NCBI GenBank assembly: GCA_973895155.1
Contig: OZ316896.1
Coordinates: forward strand, 12,814,549-12,878,548
DNA from: Marsupella aquatica
Taxonomy: Eukaryota; Plantae; Marchantiophyta
DNA: 64,000 nt
Direction of reading: 5' to 3'
Position 1 is the stretch's first letter, and every line of letters starts with the position of its first letter. Shown here piece after piece: positions 37,376 through 51,654 of the stretch. The position numbers were made by a program, and so were the translations under genes. The notes beneath the pieces are model-generated. The model was given only the letters and a program-made list of their open reading frames with translations, did no database searches and was not told the origin of the DNA.

Positions 37376-39519
37376 AAAACTTGAATTTTTTTAGAGATCC
37401 AAGTTGATTTTGGCACATAATACTCGCACATATTTAATTATTTTTTACCAGTTTCTGAGTGACATGCAACTAGTACATATTTGACATGCGTTACAACTCT
37501 CACACGCGCACCATTCTTGCACATGTTTTCATTCTCACACGCATGACAATTCTTACATGAGTGAGTTTATTGTGCATCAATCCACATTTCACAATTCTCA
37601 TCATTGATCAATAAACATGAATGGTTAAGATTGATTTGTTATTTTATTTTATTGCCCAAAGTACTATGCAAGTTTCTGTTTAAATTTGGTATCAAAGAAT
37701 GTGTATCATTTCTGCAAATGAACCAAACATTTTCTTCACGCTTGCCACACGAGTGTTTTCAATCATCACATGAGTGTTAAGACACGTTGCACAATCTCCA
37801 CCATTGATAAGTAAAATCCAATGGATATGAATTAATTGTTGACATGAAATTTTCTCTGAATTTTAAAATTTGCAAGAGTCTCTAAGTGGACCAGTAATAA
37901 ATAAATAAACACCGATATGTGAAGCAATAACTTTTCTTTGTTAAGGTAGCCAGGATATTCCAGAATCTTTAACCATTGCACTTTGGATGGACCTAGCAGT
38001 TTTTGAGACCCAAAGTGTGACCATTTCTACAAGATGACTACATTCAGTTCAAATCAATGTTTGAATGGTCCATCTAATTACAGTGGTCATAGTGAGTTGT
38101 TTCTCAAATGTCATGATCTATCCAGCTAGGCTTTTTGTTGGGGACAAGCTAGAAGGAAAAGAGGCAAAACTCTGCCCCAGCAATTTTGTTGGGAAACTTT
38201 GATAGAAGAAAAAATTGTTATCCAAGGAGGAGCTCGTACTAGTGTTAATTTTGGCATCACAAATATTTGGATATTGACAAGTTCATAACAAAAACTTAAG
38301 GAGAGTGGTAACTATAGCTCAACGATGCAAACAAACACTAACTACTCTTTACTGTTAGAGTCACATTTATGCAGGCTGGAGGGGTTGTTATTAACACCTA
38401 TGACTTTAAACACTCCTTCTCTATTTGAGTTGAATTACTCTTACACGGTAGTATTCAACATGCTCTTGTTCTGGTTTACCACCAGCTCAGGCCCACTAAA
38501 TGACCCTTTAAACCAGGAAAGTGTATATTTTAAGAAAGTAAGAGAGAATTTTGCATTCTAGGAATGTTGACAACCATGTTTGGTGAATTGTGGATATCAG
38601 ATTGAAGCTAAATCTAAGCACATTACTATAGAAAGTCCTTTGAGTTGATGAAGTCAATCTTCAACAAGAATGGTTTCTCAATCCCCAGGGGGTCACCTAC
38701 AAAACATTGTAAGAATCCAGGGCGGATAAATTAACAGCATGGTAAAGAAAATTCAAAATGAATCATGCAGTCAGCATAAGTACCTTAAAATTGTTCCCAT
38801 TATTGGGGAAGTATTTTCAAAAGCGTAAGAACTAGAATATAATTTTCTCTACTCTAAAACAGGGTAATCTTAATCTGGAAGTGATTAAGTGTCTCAATTG
38901 AACATGACGCTATGTAGGGTCAGATGTTGAAGTGAAACTACTTGATGGAGATTTAGTTTTTGCTTGAATTTGCCATTGGTGTGAGGCCTGACCCATGGTG
39001 GTCATCTTAACTACCACCTGGCCGGGCAGGCCTTGACACTTGAGGGGTCTAGATGGTTTAGGGTCCCCCCCCCCCATGCTCTTACTCATGCCTACAACAC
39101 AGGACCCAGCCCTAGTTTTGGCCTTGTTTTCTGACAGTCAGCACACCCAATGGCTCTCGAGAGTAAAAACTTTGAGACACCCTATTGATACAAAATGCGG
39201 GGTCTGCCAGTTTGCCATAAAGGTCAGGGAACTCTGGTTTCCTGTATCTGTATATGAATTTGATGAAGCCCCTTGAAGTCTCCAACAAAGCACTTTGATT
39301 GGCTGAAAAGTGGCTAGAACCAAGCGTAACTTGATGCCTCAGTGAGTTGTCTTCAAATTGCAGCATATATCCAGGACAAGATGTGGATGCGCTGGAAGAC
39401 TAAATGAATATTTTCCCAGACCATTTTCCAACTTAAAGAAATAATTAATAAACATTCCCAAAAATGTTTTTACACACTGAAAAGTCAATGTTTATATCAA
39501 GATGCTTCAGATATATTTG

Positions 39520-39853
39520 GGCCATGTTGCCCTGGTGTTTTTGTTTCTCTCGGCTTAGATTTAGCTGGTTAGCATTGGGACGTAGTTCAATTTGGTCCTG
39601 GTTGCTGTTTACCATTATTTGGGGCTGGATATCTTTTGTTAGGTAGTTTTCGCTTGACCTTTGGAATTTCTTTGTGGAAAATTAGTGCTTTGGCTACCAG
39701 GTCATAGATATTACTGCCTCACTGTTGCTTTTTGGGCCCAGTTATAGGTACCCTCTTGGCCTCCTTGGGGGGTTGTCCTTGTCTATTGTTTTTTTGTGTT
39801 GCCTCCTTCTCCTCTCCTGTGGGGTTTTAGTGAGTTAATAAAATTATTACAAA
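39520..39853 (+). mobile_element. Probable LINE 3' fragment
   Basis: Trp-rich reading frame (SSIWSWLLFTIIWGW), then a T/G/C-rich 3' UTR ending ttaataaaattattacaaaa, similar in style to the LINE ends at 32 kb and 50 kb. No TSD found. Confidence 0.35.
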
Positions 39854-41639
39854 ATCTGAAGAAGGTGCTTAAAAATAATAATTGAATAATTATTTATTTA
39901 TTGCATGGACCATGATACTATGGCAGATACATACTGCCCTGAAAAGGATAGTGCTTAAAAAATCTATGCACTGTGATATGCAACCCTGCCCATTCTCCTT
40001 CATTGTCTGTTTATGAATTATTGCCATATGGGCAGGAAACAATGATCCTTGCTGTTTGCTGACATCCCAAATTTCCGTTATTGTTTGATCTGCCCCAAAC
40101 CCATCCTTAACCCTTAGTTACTGTATCTCCCTGCCCACATTCCATCTGCCTCACACCCTGTGCTCACCGAGCCCTTCATACACTTTGCTGTTTGCTTGGT
40201 CTGCCTCCCCGTGCGCCAGCCTTGCCCTCCATCCTCCACCTGGATCTCCGCCTCTCTCGCACTGGGAGGGGTAGGAGAGAAAGTGGAGGGAGAGAATGGG
40301 AGAGGGGAGATTTTCCCGTCCCATAGCATTGTGCAACTGCGATCATGGTGTCACCCCTTCTATGCACCCTCACCCTCTTGTGCTGCCATGCTCTGCCCAT
40401 CACCAACAACATCAACTAAGATGCCAATATTCTCACAACAACAACCACTCAACCAAAAGGATGACACTCCTGCAATCACAACGTGTGCAATCAAAGCATG
40501 AGAGATGACTGTAGAGAGAACATGGTCAGAACATTTACTTTTTGGTAACAACCACACAACCCACACAGCTGCAATGACCACTTCGTGAAGATGACAATTG
40601 ATAGCCACAACAAGGCCAGAGTGATAACCTGATCACAACAACCACATCGATGCAATGATAACTGTGGAATGGAGAGGCATTTGGCTCAAAAGTTCACTTT
40701 GTCTCCATGACACTTCTATGCCTCAATGACTTTGTGAATGGCCTAGAAAGCACACTCATGCATTAATGACAGATAAAATAACTCAATAACTTACTTGTCT
40801 CACTTTTACACTTATTTGCATAACCTTGATATTTTCTGTGCATTCAGCCCAAGTCATATAAAAAAGGAGCAGTTTATACCCCGCGAAGGAATGCACTTAA
40901 AAACTGGAGGGGCACTTAAAAATTGTCAAATATAGTTACTTGCACCAAAAAGTAAAACTCCAAAAGCAAACTTGGGCAAACTTAACGCCTTTCTTGATTT
41001 TTCTTTTTGCTATTTACAGTGCATTTCTCAAAAAGAATGCACATTCAAGATTTGAATGGACACATTATGAAACTTATGGTTACTTTTACTGAAAATAATA
41101 GAAATAACTAAACCTAAATGATATTTAAGTGTATTAACTTACAATCAAAGGAGCATTATTGGCAGTAATAGCTCCTAAAAGAAAACGGCTAAAGCTCACT
41201 CAAAGCCTTCATTATATGGGGGTTTATGGCCCACAAGACAAAAGAGTGACTTTCGTGAAATATACTGATGTGAAAAGAAACCTCAGTGCTGCCTCGTTGC
41301 AAAGAACGAGTTTCGTACGAGGGACGCGAATGACTTTATTCCTTGAGCTGGACTCAACGAGGCTGGGTTGGCTTTCAAGGGGTACGTTAGCAGAGAAAAA
41401 AGAACTCCCCACGGAGACTTTTATTCCTCAGTCTATCCTTAGTAAAGGAAGGTGTTATCTGCATATTGATTCCGGGCCATCTGGAATTGTGCCTGCGTCA
41501 TCTTATAATGATTCTTTTTTGTAAGACTTTATAGTCTTATACAGCCATTTCCCAGGATAGGCCACGACGCGCGAGTTGAATTTCCTGGCTGCACAGGACG
41601 AGATCGGAACCTTCACTTCAGATACATAGAAGCTGCTGG

Positions 41640-41848
41640 CTCAGTCGATGCCTACAATTTCTCAGTAGATGCCTACAATTTCTCAGTAGATGCCTACAAT
41701 TGCAATCCGGGCCAACTCTTTCGGTAAACTCTGTTCACAGCAATTATTGTCTGGACAGTTCACTACCTGCTCAGTAGATGCCTACAATTGCAATCTGGGC
41801 CAGGTAAACTCTGTTCACAGCAAGTATTGTACTATTGTCTGGACAGTA
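41640..41848. repeat. Nested repeat: 21-bp tandem units plus an ~85-bp duplication
   Basis: ctcagt(c/a)gatgcctacaatt at 41640, 41661, 41682 and 41770; ggtaaactctgttcacagcaa...tattgtctggacagt twice. Confidence 0.85.
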
Positions 41849-44800
41849 CCTATCTGTCGATTCTCACACGAATCTTGGTCAAGGAAATTGTCAGTTACTC
41901 TCATGATTAGTATTAACTAGATTAGAACAATGGTGCATATTTCGATTGAAGGATCAGTATCGACGATCGGAAGATGGGTGCCAGCATGAAAATCATTGGA
42001 ATTAGTGTCCCGAAGCCGTATGCTACGTCCGTGAGCATAGCAGTATAAGTTGTATAACACCTTGTACACCAGGGCGTTTGCACTTTTCGAGGCGCATTAA
42101 GTAGTCGTACGAGGGTTGTCCATCGAACGGATAAGACAGAGGTGGTGACTGGTGGTGGTCATTCTCTTTACCGGACTATATTTATTATTCTAGAGCATAA
42201 ACAGTGAATCCGAAAAGATTTGGCCAGATCAGTCGATAGCCGGTGATTAGAAGTCATTCAAATTCCGTGGGATTTGATGTAGTGGGTGTCAGCGCGCGAG
42301 AAGCAAAGAGTTCACTATTGGCTGCTGTTTTTGAGTGCCCCGCTCTATGTTGTTTTTCTAAATGGAATTGCAACCGACACGGTGTGGTCTCTGTTCTCTC
42401 GGATAATTATACCTAGTCTTCATGCTCACAAGCGAAAGGCGACTAGGAAATGTTTTGGACGGGCGGTGAGCGAGTTGAGCGGGCCTTTCTACTCGTGATA
42501 GAAAAGGTCTCGCCATCCTATTTTGTAGACGTACAGCTATACTATATACTCGCCTGCCGGCAACCTTCAAGTTACAAACTATAAGATGTCTTCGATCAGT
42601 GTCATCCACTGTCTTCTTTGGAGCACGAAAGCATTGCCGTTGTCAGCTTCCAGTTGTTGGGGTGGACCTTTTGCTGCTCGAGTAGTACGTGACTGCTGAG
42701 CTGAAATTGTCTCATATCACGAGCACCTCTACACGTGAGCCTGCACCCGTATGGCAAGCTACTTGATATTTGGGTATCAGTGTGTCCATGAGAGCCGCCA
42801 ATTGTCATTAACTGCAAAGTCTCTGGACCCAAAGTTCCTGAGTTCATTTCGAATACCTCACACTCAGTGGAGGTTAGATGTTTCGTAGATTTTGCAACGG
42901 GTAGATCTCTTTTGAATGTGATCTTCACGCATTTCGTGCACAAAGCCTTCTTGGAAGGGTCTTTATAAGCCAACAGAATGAGCTGCGCGGCCTTAGTACT
43001 GGGAATTTGGGTCACAGCGCTCTCGGCAGCAACATACTCTCTCGTTCGCTACATCGAGCTCATTGCTAGTGACGTGGCTTGGCAATCTTTGCCGCCCCAA
43101 CAAGAGTCAAACGGTTTGGCCACCCGACATTGCATCAGCAAAGGTTGCAAACAACTGATGTGGATTAAGGAGATTTAGAAGTTGAGATTTAGAGGTTACA
43201 TGCTGATAGATCAATAGAAGCTAGTGTATATTATTTTGCTACAAACCCGTATTTTTTTGTCCCAGTTGTTAGTTGCTGTTGCCATCGATTGATCTCTGGT
43301 ATCAGTAGACAGCATATATATATATATATATCGGTTTTGTGCCACCAATATTGGACAAAATTTCTTTGAATTGACTAGTTTGTGTCACGAATTAAATTGT
43401 TGTGCCCCGAACTGTGAAGGTTGCTTGTGTCACGAATCAGTATTGCAGACTCAAGATGATGATTTGATTACAGTCAGGTTCTCGTAACAGGCGGTATATG
43501 AATTTGTTAGTCAATTTACATTGAAATCATTCTAGGATCTCCATGCTGATAGAGTATCTGGGTCTCCTCGTGAACCGATTTAATCACCTGCTCGACTTGT
43601 CGACAGACTAGCAGAAATTTGGAACTGCTGTACGAACTCGTCGTCAGTCATAAGAGATTGAGGTTCCAGTCGTCCGTTCGATGGAGATTTTTTTTTTGGA
43701 TCGCTATGTTTGATACTTTAATGGTAAACAATGCTTACTCACCTGGATAACAGTACTGGAATTTACGTAGCACCGGAAACAACCTCGACTTCGACTTCTG
43801 AAGTGCATTTTGGGTACATCCAAATACTGGATTGATCCTACACAGGGTTACTAGACTTGTACTTAATGTGGCCAAATGGGGTGGACCTACTCTATTTTGG
43901 CAGAGATCCAGGGTAAGTTCTGCTTAGTGTCTCAGTTGAAACTCCTCAGGATTAGAATACCGGCTGAATGGCTCCGGTATGTGCCTAGGTTTATGATACA
44001 GGCAATTCTGCTAGAGCAGTATGAGACAACCAGAATGAGAGGACTCAGAGGGTGAGATACGATAACTATGAATTCACATCACTGCCCTCCACCTCAACCA
44101 GAGTTTAATGAAACAATTCGTGTTGGTGCAAGAATTTAAGGTTTCTCGTGTTTCGGGCGTGTATCGGCTGTGATTACTCTAAATCAACTAAAATCAATTG
44201 CTGCAGTCGTTTTGCCAAATCTGAAAACTTGGAAGAGACTGAGGTGGACTTTGATGAGCTTAGGAGATACGTCTGAATTATCGTCACTCACCCTGCATAT
44301 ACAACATGACCTCCGTGAACAAACTAGCTCAAGATGAGACGAATCAGTAATTTTCCTATGCAGCTACGCAGTTAGGTAGCTGAATGAATTCGAAAAGCTG
44401 ATGTAAGCATTGTTGCTTTCGTCAATCAAGCTTAAACGAGACACGCTATGCGTCCGAATACGTACTCTGCGCTTCCGTTTGTTCATATCCACGCAATCCC
44501 TCTCCGTAATGAGCTCTTTTCAATTTTGTAACGAAAAAATTTGGTGGACTGGAAAATTTCTGGGACTTGCGGGTGTAACTACATAAGCTTAATTGACCTC
44601 GGTGACTGGCGATCGTCCTAACCTCCTGTACTTGAGTAATAGGCAATTCTGTGTCTTCAGGGAATGCTGAAGATTTGTTTGCCTTCGGTCAAACGATCAA
44701 AGGACTGCTTCTCGGTACTTTCTATTCACCCACTTCCAGCAGCATGTGACTCTCTTTCTTAAGCTTACAGGATTTTGTCTGCCGGAACTCAAACGGGTCG

Positions 44801-47800
44801 GGGTCTCCAGAGGCTGGTCAAACTTGTCGGCAGGCTCCATAGAAAAATCAACAAGTCTTCACGGAAATATCATCTCTTAGTTTAGTACCCAAACATATCA
44901 ATTCAACGAAATCCACAAAACGGCCTTGACACTGACGATCCGAAAAGCTGATCTCTTTGCCGTATCGATGAGTAGAGGTTTCTGGGAATAGAGCACTAAT
45001 CCAGTACATTTCATCATAACTGAAGATATAAAGACAGGCTCAGTCTGGCTTCCGTAAAATTTGAGTAAATTGTAAGACTCGTTAGACAGGGTTTTTCGCT
45101 CTGACTTATAAGCTAGCTTTGAAGAGCCGTACACGCCAAAAATGAGAACATTTCTTGCACTGTGGATTTTGCGGCTTTTAGTGCATTTTGCTGTGATGAG
45201 CACGCAAGGTTGAATCGGATGTACATTCTGCGCAGTTTCCATCTTTGAAGAGTTAGTGTGGTCCTTTGATTTTCCTATTTATTTGCTCCTGCAGCACCTA
45301 GGCCGGCTTCCTTGGATCCACTGTCGTGTCGTGGAAAAATCATGACAATGTGTCAGCTGAAGACTGGTGTGGCGTGATATCGTGAATGACCTTCAACTTG
45401 GCATGACCCGGGCGCAACTCCTCTTGCTGTACAGCAAACCAATGATACCTGTCTAAGTAGATGGTCTAAGTAGAAGCCGCCACTCTATGCAATTTCCTTG
45501 GAAGGTGGTGTCTGGGCCAGAAAAATTGCATTAGTCTCAACATGAAAGCACGCGGAAAATGTGATGTTGGGCCCTGTCCTGACCGGTGCCGTGTCAATTC
45601 CACTTCGTGTGACTCTGGTGGTAAAATGTTGCAAGGTGGGGGCACTTGATTGTGAACTTTTTTCACTTTAAGTTTGCTCATTTTATGGCCCCTGACATCT
45701 TGTAAAGCTAACTGGAGCAAGTGGTGCTAGCTAGAGTAATTTTCTAAAAGACAAAATAAGGACCCACTTCACCTGAAAGTCACCTACTTCTTTGGCTATA
45801 AATCTCCTCTAGCTGCAACAAGAGAACTAGAGAAGGTATGATGAAAGAGTTGTGTGTACACTTTTAATGCAAATGACTAAATACAGGAACTGACCAAGGG
45901 GCCAGATGAAGAGACCTCCAAGAAGTGGTTTACAACTGGGACAAAAGTGTGCTCCTAATTACCAAAATTTGGCAAAATTGTGTTCCACTAAAATAAAATT
46001 TGGGCCCCTCTCCATTTCATGTACCATCGGCAACAAGGTGGAAAGAAACTGCCCCCAATGCTTTTGTAAAGTGAAGAGCAGCAACATCTCCCAGATGGAT
46101 GGCTGGCTCCATCACATCTTGGAGACCAAAAATAAATAAAACTGCCTCCTACATCTTGTAAAGCCACCATAATAGGAGGCTCCAGCCCTCCTCTCCAGGT
46201 ACATTAGAGTGGCTTTGCAAGATGTGGGGCTTTAGTTTCTTCTTATTCCCTATGAAATTAAATCTGGACAGCATAATATGTGAACATGCTATATGAGCGA
46301 GATGATTGCAATTGGCTTTACAAGAAGGGGTCATTGTACATGACAAGTTATAGGACCCAAAGAAATGTTCATGTAGAGTTTATTTTCTGCCTAGAATCTT
46401 TGACCACCACCAGAGGTAGTCTAAACATTTCCAAGCTTTGGCTCTTTCATGCAAGGGATTAATTTGCATTATTTTGTTTAAATTTAATTCAAAAGATTTA
46501 TGGTGTGGAGTCTTTGTTTAGAACAAGAAGTGGAACTCAGGTTTGCTTTGGTGAAAAATGTCACAAATGCCCCCTCTTGAAAAGCCAACCTTAGTGTTAA
46601 ATCCTATGAATTCACATAGAGGGCATACCTACCTTAGTGTCATCCTTGGGCCGACCTGCAGGAAAAATTGATTCCAGAAAATAATTCTGGGTCAAAATTT
46701 TATTTTATTCATATTTTAATTTTGGATTTGATGTATGCATTGAAAAGTAAGCACTTACATCAATATGCATAGAATATTCTTAAAAGTTATGAGGCAAAAT
46801 TCTTTTCATAGAAATAAAGCCAAATAGGTTAGTGGTTTGGTGTGAAGCCCATATAGATTGCCAAAGCTTGGATGGACAATGTCTAGGTGGTAGAATAGTG
46901 TATTGTACTATCTAGATTTAGAGGTTTCCTATGTGTGTTAGATGAGCAGTTAGGGTTCAATTTTTGTTTTGTGATGAATAGTTTGTGGTGGCTCAAAGGC
47001 CTCATCTTTCAATGCTGAGCCTTTGAGCATGAGCTCTAGCAATTATGGTGTGATTGGCGAGCCAGGTTGTGTGCATACAAATGTGGACTTCTTGAGTGCA
47101 AGGTGCATTTGGCTTGACATACTCTATGATCAGATCGGGCAGGATTAGATGTTTGATTGGTATTGATCACTATTCTATTCATCAAAGATTGTTATAGGTT
47201 TTGGACATGAGTTTCATTTGTACTTCATTCTCTTATGCTTGTGATGTTGGATTGTGCCTATGTGTCACGTATGTGTGTGACAAGCAATGTTAGTATGCTA
47301 TGTAGCGATGTGTATACGCATGACAACTAGCATGCATAATGTATCAATAGACTCTCATAGCATTATTTATGGTTTTGATTGCAATTAGTTAACCCGGTGC
47401 TAAGTTTTGATTGCAATTAGTTGCTCCTCATGCCCATGCGGGCTTAATATTTGGTTTCACAAGTATCCCATTACTTCATGATTATGTTTTAATTGAGCAA
47501 ACCTGGATGGCACTAGTGTCCCCATCAGCAAACGCCCAGACAGTGGAATCTTGATGACAATGCTTGCCTGTTTTTAATAGGGTTTCACCTCTTTAGGTAC
47601 ATCCATTTTTAGGTAGGCCCCTCGGTTGATAGCCTGGGTCCTTTTATTTTTATGGGTGCACATTCCCCCTAGAGTCTACCTCCCACTCCCAATGTAAGCT
47701 CTTCAACCAGTCTGCTTAGCACAAAGACATAGCAGCTAGAGAATTGCAATCATAGATATAGGCAAGGATATGGGTGGCTAGTTTTGGCAGAGCTTAGCCG

Positions 47801-47811
47801 TTGGTGTTTTA

Positions 47812-49911
47812 TGTGGGGAGAAATCAGATCAAGAAAAACACTCCAAACATACACGTGCTCAATAGTTACGTGGTTCGCCTCAAGGTTGGCTACGTCCATG
47901 GGAAGACCAAGCTTTATTAACGGTTATGTGTCTACTCAAGCATCACCATAGCTCTCATCTCTTCAAGCTCTCATCTCTTGCTATATCACTGTGTTCTCTC
48001 TTGAGAACTCTCTTGTGTGTTCTCACACCACATAGAAGTTGAAGAGATAAGGACCAACTCTTCAACTAGGGTTTACTCTAACCCTAGTTAATATACTAAC
48101 CATAGTTCAACCCAAGACTGAGTTAACCTCTACAAACTCCCCCTTGACTCACGTCTTGGGAGGGTTCATAACATTGTCTTTTCCTTACAAGTTCCTCCGC
48201 GGGAAGTTCAAGACAGTAGGGCCAAAAGACCCTCCCCCTAATGCAAGGGTTAACTAGAACTAAGCCGTAGCCGATAAGCCATCGGATGGAGTACTCATAT
48301 AGAGACATTTTCTTGGTTAACTCTATATTTACAATATTTGTAAATAATTACAATGCCTTGAAAAACTATTGGAGTCTAATACTTTGGTAAAAGCATCCGC
48401 TGGATTAAGCTTTCCATCAATCTTGACAAGATCAAATTCATCATCCGATAATGCCTGTCGGATGAAATGATAGCAGACATCAATGTGCTTTCCCTGCCAT
48501 CCATCACCTTATTCTTGGCAGTGTAAATTGCACTTTGACTGTCACAATGAAGATATACACACTCCTATGATAAACCCATCTCCGTGACAAGATTTTTCAA
48601 CCAAATGGTCTCTGATGCTGCTTCTGCTGCTGCTACATACTCGGCATCCATAGTAGACTTTGCAACACACTTTTGGAGAGTAGACTTCCAACTAATGCAT
48701 CCAACAGCAAGTGTAAATACATATCCAGTTGTCAATCTCCTCTTATCCAGATCACCTGCGTAGTCTGCATCCACATAACCTTGAAGCACTTTCATATTGT
48801 TTGAACTTGCATCAAACAATAAACCCTTCTTAGTGGAACCTCTAATGTAATGCAAAATCCATTTCATTGCTTCCCAATGAACTTTTCTTGGATTTGCCAT
48901 GTATCTGCTTACCTTGCTAACGGCATAAGCTATGTCTGGTCGGGTGCATACCATGAGATACATTAAACTATCCACAGCACTTTCATAAGGAACTTTGGAC
49001 ATCAAACTTTTTTCTGTCGCATCCGATGGACAAAATGTTGCAGAAATATTGAAATGTCTTGCCAAAGGAACACTCACAGCCTTAGCATCTGCCATGTTGA
49101 ATTTTGAGAGTACCTTCTCTGCATATTTTTTCTGCGTCAGCCAAAGTTTGGCTTTGTTAACATCCCTGACAATCTCCATGCCTAGGATCCTCTTGGCTGT
49201 GCCCAAATCCTTCATCTTAAACTCAGAATTGAGTTGGGCCTTAAGCTTATCAACTTTGCCCCTATCATGTGCTGCAATGAGCATGTCATCCACATAAAGT
49301 ACAAGGATGACAAGCTTAAAACCGGTGTTGTTCACATGCCTTATGTAAACACATGGATCGTACACGTTTCGCACAAATCCAAGCAATTTCAAAAATTCAT
49401 CAAAACGCTTGTTCCACTGCCTTGGGCTCTATTTTAATCCATACAAGGATTTTAGCAACCTGCATACCAAATTTTCCTTGCCCTTTTGCACAAAACCCTC
49501 TGGTTGCCTCATGTAAATCACCTCATCCAACGATCCATATAAGAATGCCGTGACAACATCCATTTGATCTAAAACCAGATCAAATAAAACTACAAGAGCA
49601 CATAGCAAACGTATTGTTGAATACTTTGCTACAGGTGAAAAAACCTCATTGTAGTCTATACCTTTTTGTTGAGTAAAACCCTTGGCTACCAACCGAGCCT
49701 TAAATATCTTCTCAGCATCCTCTGTGGCTCTCATCTCTTCAAAGCTCTCATCTCTTGCTATGTCACTGTGTTCTCTCTTGAGAACTCTCTTGTGTGTTCT
49801 CACACCACATAGAAGTTGAAGAGATAAGGACCAACTCTTCAACTAGGGTTTACTCTAACCCTAGTTAACATACTAACCATAGTTCAACCCAAGACTGAGT
49901 TAACCTCTACA
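47812..49911 (-). mobile_element. Internally deleted Ty1/Copia LTR retrotransposon with TTTTA target-site duplication
   Basis: Full 3' LTR 47812-48134 (TG...CA) preceded on the minus strand by PPT AAGGGGGAG. Partial 5' LTR ~49727-49911, nearly identical. tttta at 47807-47811 and 49912-49916. Confidence 0.92.
48375..49725 (-). pseudogene. Copia reverse transcriptase / RNase H remnant
   Basis: [76 protein letters not shown]; premature stops at 49429 and 48565. Confidence 0.95.
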
Positions 49912-50115
49912 TTTTAGCCCTGTTTTCAGAGACAGTTTACTTTGCTTTGTGAAAGTGGAAGTGTCACTGGAAATGTAGTGGTTTCACTACCTTCCATTTA
50001 AACTTTTGAAAGTTACGTAGGGAATTGGATTTGTGAAGAATTTTCTTCATTTGTTCTACTGTTTACAAGTTGTAGTGGTGTGTCTAATTTGAAGGGATGT
50101 TAGATCTGGTTCCTT

Positions 50116-51654
50116 TTTATTTTATTTTAATTTTATTTTTAACAAAGGAATGAGACAGAGCCCATGAAACTTTATTAGCATGAACCAAAACATGACAAAC
50201 CGCCTGGAGGGGGAAGGCAGCAGAAAATAAATGAATTAAGGGGGCTGAGAGGGGGAGCACACCCATAGAGAAAGAAGAGAGGGCAAAACAGGCCTGTCTG
50301 CCTGGGAAAGGGAGGCGGAGAGAGGGGACGGATTGCCCTGTAGACAAAAAACCTAAATTGACCATGGAGCCGCAAAAGTGCATATTCTAACTGGATAGAT
50401 CCTTGGCTGCACAAAACCGGAGACAACCCTAGAACCTGTACCAAAGATGGCCAAGACCATTCCCTGCTGGTCACCAAATCCATACCCTGCTGGTCCCCAA
50501 AACACTCTGAACGAATGCCATCACTACATCGAGGTCTGCTGCGACTGGACAGAGAGTTGCTGCAATCTCCCCACAAAGCCAGCAGACTTGCCGAAGCTGG
50601 AACAAAGCAAGGAGGAAAAAGCATGGGTCAAAGAAGGTAACCCTGGTGCGTGATGATGAGCGAATCGGCATAATCAAATCGACAAATACACCCTTCAGCC
50701 GAAACCCCGCACTTGCCTGCAAATCATGATAAGGCTGCCAGAACGCTCCGCAGAAATGCTAGATCGGAGTCGAAAGAGATGCTACAAATCCTCCAACAAA
50801 AGTCAGAAACTTAGGACCTTCCCCACAGTGTGATGGGGACACCGGGAATCTGCCAATCAACGTCAGCAACCAAAAACCTGCTCAAAAGATGAAGGGAACA
50901 CCAGGATGATCTCATCATATGTGTGAAACCAAAATACTTCCCAACGGCTTGGATGGAGAGTAACTGGAGTTCAAATCCCGAATCAAAATCTGAACCAGAT
51001 GCCTCAGGCCTCGACGAACCGAGGGCCCCAAGAAAAGGACAGAGGTCTGTATCCTCACCGCTCACATGGGGTTCCCCAGCCTCAGCCGCGAGTATAAACC
51101 AGATAATTCAGTAGGCCTGACTAGAGCCAGGGTGGAACCTGATAATCTGATGTGCTCCATCCACAAGAAAGATTCATCGCGAGGAAAATGGAAATTCTCC
51201 ACATCTTATAGATCCTTCATAGATCCATCATCTCCAACTTCCCACAAACGATAAGACGGCCAGCAGGGTAAAAGTGACAACCATCCCCAGAACAGATCCT
51301 GAGAAAAAACCAGTCTATATGCTACAAGGAAGAATCCTAGAGAATGCACTAGGAAAGAACTATCTGGAGTAGCAATCATCGGAACTAATTAGGATGATGC
51401 AACCTCCCAGACTCCGGTAGGAGAGCCTGAGAGACAATAATTATTCTAAATTCTACTTGTGTGCAACTATGAATGATAACGGGCTTTCGAGCCTGTGAGG
51501 AGGAAAGAGCCGGAGCCACGTGCCAACCAGAAGAAGAACCTAAACCATATTCAAATCAATATGAGAGAGTCAACCCGGAGAGGGGAAAACCCTGTACTCC
51601 CCAGTACCCATAAGGTTGAACCAGAATGAGAGAGAAGACCCGCAGAGGGGAAAG
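50116..51654 (-). mobile_element. 5'-truncated, decayed LINE (L1-like)
   Basis: A-rich tail on the minus strand at 50116-50140; zf-RVT-like PRDESFLW remnant near 51160-51185; 18-bp direct repeat tgttagatctggttcctt at 50098-50115 and 51677-51694. Confidence 0.65.
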
